The notes under the pieces are model-generated. The model saw only the letters and a program-made list of their open reading frames with translations, made no database searches and had not been told where the DNA came from. A stretch of DNA of 64,000 bases from the IMG/VR virus record IMGVR_UViG_3300021378_000004. One strand, 5' to 3'. This DNA comes from a virus. The position numbers were made by a program, and so were the translations under genes. Shown in pieces: positions 59,195-64,000 of this stretch (positions are counted from its first letter, which is position 1; each line of letters opens with the position of its first letter).

Positions 59195-59419
59195 ATGAAA
59201 AAAGGACTTTATATGACTCAATCAATCACCAAAATAAACTATAACTTTGACATACCACACGATATTTCTATCACAGATTTCTTAACTGTTTTAAACGATT
59301 TTCAACTTACTCTAATCTCATCCATACCAATAGGACCTGCTGGGGGAAATCCAAATATTACTATTTCTGCCACTCCAACATCCATTACGGCTTTTAAACA
59401 CTTCTTATCTAAAACATAA
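59195..59419 (+). CDS. Hypothetical early protein
   Basis: GPAGGNP motif; start may be the downstream ATG after AAGGA. Confidence 0.6.
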   Translation: MKKGLYMTQSITKINYNFDIPHDISITDFLTVLNDFQLTLISSIPIGPAGGNPNITISATPTSITAFKHFLSKT

Positions 59420-59426
59420 GATTTAT

Positions 59427-59498
59427 TTAACATGTTCATAACAAACTTTAAAATAAGTGAAAAAAAAGGTGTACATTTACTTAAAAATGGTGTATAAT
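59427..59498 (+). promoter_or_regulatory. Early-type promoter with upstream palindrome variant
   Basis: TTAACATGTTCATAAC 59427; GTGTAC 59469; TATAAT 59493. Confidence 0.75.
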
Positions 59499-59509
59499 AA
59501 TACTATAAA

Positions 59510-59815
59510 ATGAAAAAAGCGGAGAATACTAAAATGGGAATACACATTGGAAAGCACAAAAGATCAACATCATGGATTGGTAGGTTCGATCCTAAAGATC
59601 CAAGAGATATGGCTGAATTTGCAATGGTTAAACAAATCGTTAAAGCTTGTAATTCGCCTAATATGAAATTTAGAGTAGAGAAAAAAGGTAGGAAACCAAC
59701 CAATGGTTTTACTTACTTTGGTGATTGTGTAGGTGGTATTAAGAATGCTACACTATGGGATGTGTATGTTTATAAACGTACGTACGATTATTATAATCAA
59801 AGGAGAATTGGATAA
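59510..59815 (+). CDS. Hypothetical early protein
   Basis: ORF downstream of promoter; GGAG precedes an internal ATG. Confidence 0.6.
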   Translation: MKKAENTKMGIHIGKHKRSTSWIGRFDPKDPRDMAEFAMVKQIVKACNSPNMKFRVEKKGRKPTNGFTYFGDCVGGIKNATLWDVYVYKRTYDYYNQRRIG

Positions 59816-60669
59816 TGATTATTGTTGATTACAGTGGTATTGCACTAGCTAGTATTATTATTAATAAAACTAATGACGAAGATATGATTCGTCATATGAT
59901 ACTAAATTCGCTACGAATGTATCATAAAAGATACAAAAATGAATATGGTGAAATGGTTCTTGCTGTAGATGCTGCAAATAACTGGCGTAGATCAGTGTTT
60001 CCGCAATACAAAGCCAGTCGTAAGAAAAACAGAAAAGAATCTACATTTGATTGGAATGAAGCATTTCGTTTACTTAATCTAGTAAGAGAAGAAATTGCAG
60101 AAAACTTTCCATATAAAGTTATCAGAGTTGATAAATGTGAAGCCGATGATGTTATTGGTACTATTGTTGCTGATAAATCTACGGTACAATTTAATGTAGA
60201 AAAAATTATGATTGTTTCTTCAGATAGAGATTTCTTACAATTACAAAGATTTCCTAATGTAAAGCAGTTCTCGCCTCTTCTTAAGAAAGAACTTAAAGAA
60301 GATAATGCTAGATATTATTTATTTAATCATATTATACGTGGTGATAAAAGCGATGGTGTACCAAACATTTTATCTAATGACGATACATTTGTAGAAGGTT
60401 TCAGACAAACGCCTATGTCTCAAAAGAAAGTAGATGGTATCATAGAAGATCTAGAGCAAGGTGAATTACTATATGCTGCTTCTTGGTATCGTAACTATTT
60501 AAGAAATGAAAGATTAATTGCCCTTAGCGAAACGCCACAAGAGCTAAAAAATGAAATTATAAATACATATGAAAAACAAGATCCTTGGTCTAACAAAAGT
60601 AAAGTATTACCTTACTTAATTGCCAAGCGTTGTAATAATTTGATTGAAAGTGTACAGGAGTTTATTTAA
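59815..60669 (+). CDS. rnh: T4 RNase H / 5'-3' exonuclease
   Basis: WR...FP.YKA.R, EADD.IG, SSD.DF.QL, GD.SDG.PN. Confidence 0.93.
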   Translation: MIIVDYSGIALASIIINKTNDEDMIRHMILNSLRMYHKRYKNEYGEMVLAVDAANNWRRSVFPQYKASRKKNRKESTFDWNEAFRLLNLVREEIAENFPYKVIRVDKCEADDVIGTIVADKSTVQFNVEKIMIVSSDRDFLQLQRFPNVKQFSPLLKKELKEDNARYYLFNHIIRGDKSDGVPNILSNDDTFVEGFRQTPMSQKKVDGIIEDLEQGELLYAASWYRNYLRNERLIALSETPQELKNEIINTYEKQDPWSNKSKVLPYLIAKRCNNLIESVQEFI

Positions 60670-61085
60670 TGAAACAATATGTTTTTGAAGTCTTAGAAGA
60701 AATGGCTAAGCAAAGAAGTCGTGATGATAAAGTTCGTGTTTTAAAAGAAAACGATACATGGGCTTTGAAAGATATCATAAGAGGATCGATGGATACTAAA
60801 ATTGTATGGAATTTGCCTGAAGGCGAACCACCTTATACTGCTGCAGCAGCGCATAGTCATCCAACTAATTTAACAAGACGAAATGGAGATTTTAAATATT
60901 TTGTTAAAGGTGGCCAAGGCGACGCGTTGCCAAAATTTAAAAGAGAGCAAATATTCATAGGAATACTTGAAGGTATTCATCCAGAAGACGCTAAGCTTGT
61001 TATTAATATGATTAATAAAAAGAAAATCCCTGGAATTTCTAGACCAGTTGTAGATGAAGCTTTTCCAAAATTACTTACAGATTAA
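60669..61085 (+). CDS. Conserved hypothetical protein of T4-like phages
   Basis: LPEG.PPY, KRE..FI..LE..HP.DA. Confidence 0.7.
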   Translation: MKQYVFEVLEEMAKQRSRDDKVRVLKENDTWALKDIIRGSMDTKIVWNLPEGEPPYTAAAAHSHPTNLTRRNGDFKYFVKGGQGDALPKFKREQIFIGILEGIHPEDAKLVINMINKKKIPGISRPVVDEAFPKLLTD

Positions 61086-61112
61086 AATTTTAAATCAATT
61101 CAAAAAACAACT

Positions 61113-61142
61113 GTGTACAAACTGCAAAAAACATGGTATAAT
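61113..61142 (+). promoter_or_regulatory. Early-type promoter
   Basis: GTGTAC-N18-TATAAT. Confidence 0.78.
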
Positions 61143-61169
61143 TAATATATTATTTAAGAAGGTGAAAGT

Positions 61170-61730
61170 ATGAATATTTTTGTGTTAGACAACGACCCAA
61201 CAACAGCTGCAACTATGATGTGTGACAAACACATACCTAAAATGATTATCGAAGCAGCACAAATGCTATGTACATCTCACAGGTTACTTGACGGTACACC
61301 TGAAAGACGTAGGTCAAAGTCTGGCAAAACTATGCAACAGTATTATACATTTGGTGATCAACGTGATGATATATATTATGCAGCAGTGCATAAGTATCAT
61401 CCGTGCACAGTATGGACTATGGAAAGTCTACAAAACTACAATTGGCATTACACGCACTTTGTAGGTCTAGCCACCGAGTTTGAATTTCGTAGAAAGAAAA
61501 AACATGCAACTTTCGAAAAGCTTGGTGAAGTTCTTGTTAAACCCCCTATAAATATACCGGATGTTGGTCTTACAGAATTTGCGCAAGCAATGTCTCAATA
61601 CCCAGATTGTATAGTTCCTGGCAATGCTGTTCAAGCATACAGAAATTACTATCACACAGCTAAAGAATTTGCTAAATGGGATTGGGGTCGACCAGCGCCT
61701 GATTGGTGGAAAGGATATCAAGGTGCCTAA
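61170..61730 (+). CDS. Pyrimidine-dimer DNA glycosylase-like protein
   Basis: MNIF.LD, DKH..KM..E.AQML, HPC..W, AYR.YY. Confidence 0.65.
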   Translation: MNIFVLDNDPTTAATMMCDKHIPKMIIEAAQMLCTSHRLLDGTPERRRSKSGKTMQQYYTFGDQRDDIYYAAVHKYHPCTVWTMESLQNYNWHYTHFVGLATEFEFRRKKKHATFEKLGEVLVKPPINIPDVGLTEFAQAMSQYPDCIVPGNAVQAYRNYYHTAKEFAKWDWGRPAPDWWKGYQGA

Positions 61731-61953
61731 GTATACAGTAAAACCTCTAGAAGAGGGTGATGAATACGAAATAGATATTAAGTCAGATGAATTACAGGCT
61801 TATCTTAAAGAAAATAATTGTATTAAAGTTCTTACGTTTCCAAATATTGTTTCTGGTCAAGGAAGTTTATTGTCAAAGACTGACAATGGCTGGAAAGATA
61901 ATCTCGCTAGAATTAAAGAAAATTCTGGTAGAGGTAACACAATAAAGACATAG
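61723..61953 (+). CDS. Hypothetical protein (GTG start)
   Basis: MPKY start; D.GW.D.L.RIK motif. Confidence 0.55.
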   Translation: MPKYTVKPLEEGDEYEIDIKSDELQAYLKENNCIKVLTFPNIVSGQGSLLSKTDNGWKDNLARIKENSGRGNTIKT

Positions 61954-61962
61954 GAATAATTA

Positions 61963-62229
61963 ATGAATACATTTTTTATAGTAGTAACATTTGTAATGGC
62001 ATCAGCTACTCAGCTTGATAGACCACTATATGTATTTGCTAAACCTAATTTTGATGAGTATATGCAATGTTGGAATTACGTACAAGCAAATAACATGAAT
62101 ATATATAGAGCTGCAGCTAATGAATATAACTTTAAACATAAGCCTGAAGCTATATTTTGCGTTAACCAAGAAGCAATAAAGGAAATATTTAATTATAATG
62201 CACCAACAATTGAAAAGAAAAATATTTAG
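61963..62229 (+). CDS. Hypothetical protein with hydrophobic N-terminus
   Basis: SD AGGA. Confidence 0.6.
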   Translation: MNTFFIVVTFVMASATQLDRPLYVFAKPNFDEYMQCWNYVQANNMNIYRAAANEYNFKHKPEAIFCVNQEAIKEIFNYNAPTIEKKNI

Positions 62230-62890
62230 CCATGACACGATTGATATCGGTTATCAAGACTTGGACGCTACAACTACAAAATCAGGCAGAACTTATAATA
62301 CTCCTGATGGTAAGTCTTATCCTAGTATCACAACAGTTCTAAGCATACTCAGTGAAGATGCTATAAGAGCTTGGCGTGAACGCGTAGGTGTAGAACAAGC
62401 TGATATGATTAGTGGCAAAGCATCTAGACGCGGGACAAAGGTTCATAGCATATTAGAAAAGTATTTAAATAATGAAGATACATCAAAAGAATTACCGCAC
62501 ATCAGACAAAGCCTTGCAAATCTCAAACCTATACTTGATGAAAGTATTGGAACGATATTCGGTCTCGAGGTGCCTTTATTTAGTCATCATTTACAATTAG
62601 CTGGAAGATGCGATTGCATCGCACAGTTTAATGGCGTACCCTCAATAATTGATTTTAAAACTTCTAAATATATTAAGAAGAAAGAAAGAATCACAAACTA
62701 TTTCGCGCAAGGTGCAGCATATGCTATCATGTACGAAGAAAGAACGGGAATGAAAATACCCAATATAGTAATTATAATGGATGTTGATCATGAAAAACCG
62801 TGTGTGTTCGTAGAACATAGAGATAACTGGACTAAACTATTAGAGGATACGATTGATGAATATAGAAAACGAAAGATGTTTGGACACTAA
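62198..62890 (+). CDS. PD-(D/E)xK exonuclease (RecB/Cas4-like, T4-like marine phage type)
   Basis: YPSITTVL, RGT.VH, AGRCD, IIDFKTS, Q..AY. Confidence 0.85.
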   Translation: MHQQLKRKIFSHDTIDIGYQDLDATTTKSGRTYNTPDGKSYPSITTVLSILSEDAIRAWRERVGVEQADMISGKASRRGTKVHSILEKYLNNEDTSKELPHIRQSLANLKPILDESIGTIFGLEVPLFSHHLQLAGRCDCIAQFNGVPSIIDFKTSKYIKKKERITNYFAQGAAYAIMYEERTGMKIPNIVIIMDVDHEKPCVFVEHRDNWTKLLEDTIDEYRKRKMFGH

Positions 62891-62891
62891 T

Positions 62892-63137
62892 ATGCCAATA
62901 GGTTTAACAATGATTGTTCAACTAAGATTTGAGTTTGAAGAACTCACTAAAAGCTATAATATGAAAGTATCTGGTTCGGATATAAATACAATAGAATGGT
63001 TTATTGAAAATGGCCACAGGTCAAATTCACTTCGTAATGGATTTAATGATGCATTAACAATAGCGAAGGTAATAAAGGAGTTCTACGATGGCCGAAGAAG
63101 AAATGAAACAACCGGGCTTTCATCCCGCAGATACTAA
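62892..63137 (+). CDS. Hypothetical protein
   Basis: ORF between exonuclease and EF-hand gene. Confidence 0.5.
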   Translation: MPIGLTMIVQLRFEFEELTKSYNMKVSGSDINTIEWFIENGHRSNSLRNGFNDALTIAKVIKEFYDGRRRNETTGLSSRRY

Positions 63138-63435
63138 TGGTGATGGCATTGTAACTGACGAAGAGCAGGCAATGTATTTGGAGTTTAAAAGAAAAGAAAT
63201 GGAAGACGCAGACGCACAAAGAGATGCTATTAGAAAAATGGCATGGTTTGCTTTATTTGGATTATTATTATATCCAATTGCAATATTTCTGACTTCATTA
63301 CTTGGATTATCTGAGGCTGCAGGATTAATTGCCGATATTGCACCAACATATTTTGCATCTATTGCTGTTTTAGTTTCAGCATTCTTTGGCGCTGATGCAT
63401 TAAAAGGTAAGGCAAGTAAACCGACTAAAAAGTAA
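63088..63435 (+). CDS. Two-TM membrane protein with an EF-hand-like loop
   Basis: DTNGDGIVTDEE followed by two hydrophobic helices; SD AAGGAG. Confidence 0.7.
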   Translation: MAEEEMKQPGFHPADTNGDGIVTDEEQAMYLEFKRKEMEDADAQRDAIRKMAWFALFGLLLYPIAIFLTSLLGLSEAAGLIADIAPTYFASIAVLVSAFFGADALKGKASKPTKK

Positions 63436-63452
63436 AATAAGAGGATTTTGTT

Positions 63453-64000
63453 ATGAAAAGATTGATATATCAAGTTTATACTGGTAAAAAATCGAGGCTA
63501 TATGATCACTGTACAGCCTCGGTTAAAGCCTATTGCAATGAACTTAATACTAAAGAAAAACCTCAAAATCGCGTTGACTATATAGTTCAAACAATTCCAA
63601 AAATGATGATTAAACCAGACGTATTTGCCACAAATCGTAGTAAAGAGTCATATGAAAAATATGGTGGATTTTTACCAATATATGAAAAAGAAAATGCATT
63701 TGATTATTGGGATAAGTACGATCAAATAGCGATTATAGATGCTGATATATGGATAAGACCAGGTTCTCCTAATATATTTGATGAACTAAAACCTGAAACT
63801 GATTTTGCTGGAATGGTCGAAAGGTCAGCACCAATTTTACCTTGGTATCAACAAAAATTAACTGGTTATACTAGAATGCAATATAGTAGTTTAAATGATG
63901 TTGATTGGAAATGGAATAACTCTGGTGGTCATTTTTATAATATGGGTTTAATGGTATTAGATAGAAATATTGTAAAATATTTAAAAGGACAAACAGGAAA
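63453..64000 (+). CDS. GT-A fold glycosyltransferase (3'-truncated by window)
   Basis: Own translation: MKRLIYQV...IAIIDADIWI (DxD)...FYNMGLMVL; SD GAGG. Confidence 0.7.
   Translation, partial: MKRLIYQVYTGKKSRLYDHCTASVKAYCNELNTKEKPQNRVDYIVQTIPKMMIKPDVFATNRSKESYEKYGGFLPIYEKENAFDYWDKYDQIAIIDADIWIRPGSPNIFDELKPETDFAGMVERSAPILPWYQQKLTGYTRMQYSSLNDVDWKWNNSGGHFYNMGLMVLDRNIVKYLKGQTG

Noticed and set aside
62198-62890. cas4 of a CRISPR system
   Set aside because: No four-Cys cluster pattern, array or other cas genes; a stand-alone phage exonuclease
2294-63473. Numerous short minus-strand and alternate-frame ORFs in the ORF track
   Set aside because: They lie inside well-supported + strand genes, lack recognisable motifs or SDs, and look like shadow ORFs
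1-64000. tRNA or rRNA genes
   Set aside because: Intergenic gaps are short and no cloverleaf or T-loop motif was seen; tRNAscan-SE would confirm

Overview
AT-rich, gene-dense 64 kb segment of a T4-like myophage genome; essentially all real genes are on the + strand. Order: (1) 1-17.7 kb, four giant paralogous fibre/adhesin genes made of FG-GAP-type propellers with a second propeller type nested inside; (2) 17.7-33.4 kb, core T4 morphogenesis block (gp13-15, 16, 17, 18, 19, 20, 21, 22, 23, 3) plus uvsY/uvsW, under TATAAATA late promoters; (3) 33.5-47 kb, gp55, 47, 46, 45, 44, 62, regA, hsp20 with a ROSE-like RNA thermometer, lysozyme, a HAD phosphatase, a BMP-family nucleoside-binding protein, IscA and DNA polymerase gp43 with an unusual in-frame insertion; (4) 47-55 kb, the best candidate for a new system: a T4 gp42-like dCMP hydroxymethylase, dCMP deaminase, a distant T4 beta-glucosyltransferase-like protein, UDP-galactopyranose mutase, an NDP-sugar epimerase and an atypical C5-cytosine methyltransferase-like protein, suggesting a furanose-glycosylated cytosine DNA modification; (5) uvsX, gp41, thyX, RNase H, exonuclease and accessory genes. 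A marine alphaproteobacterial host is inferred, not shown. All family assignments come from motif recognition by eye and from recalled T4 sequences; no database search was run.
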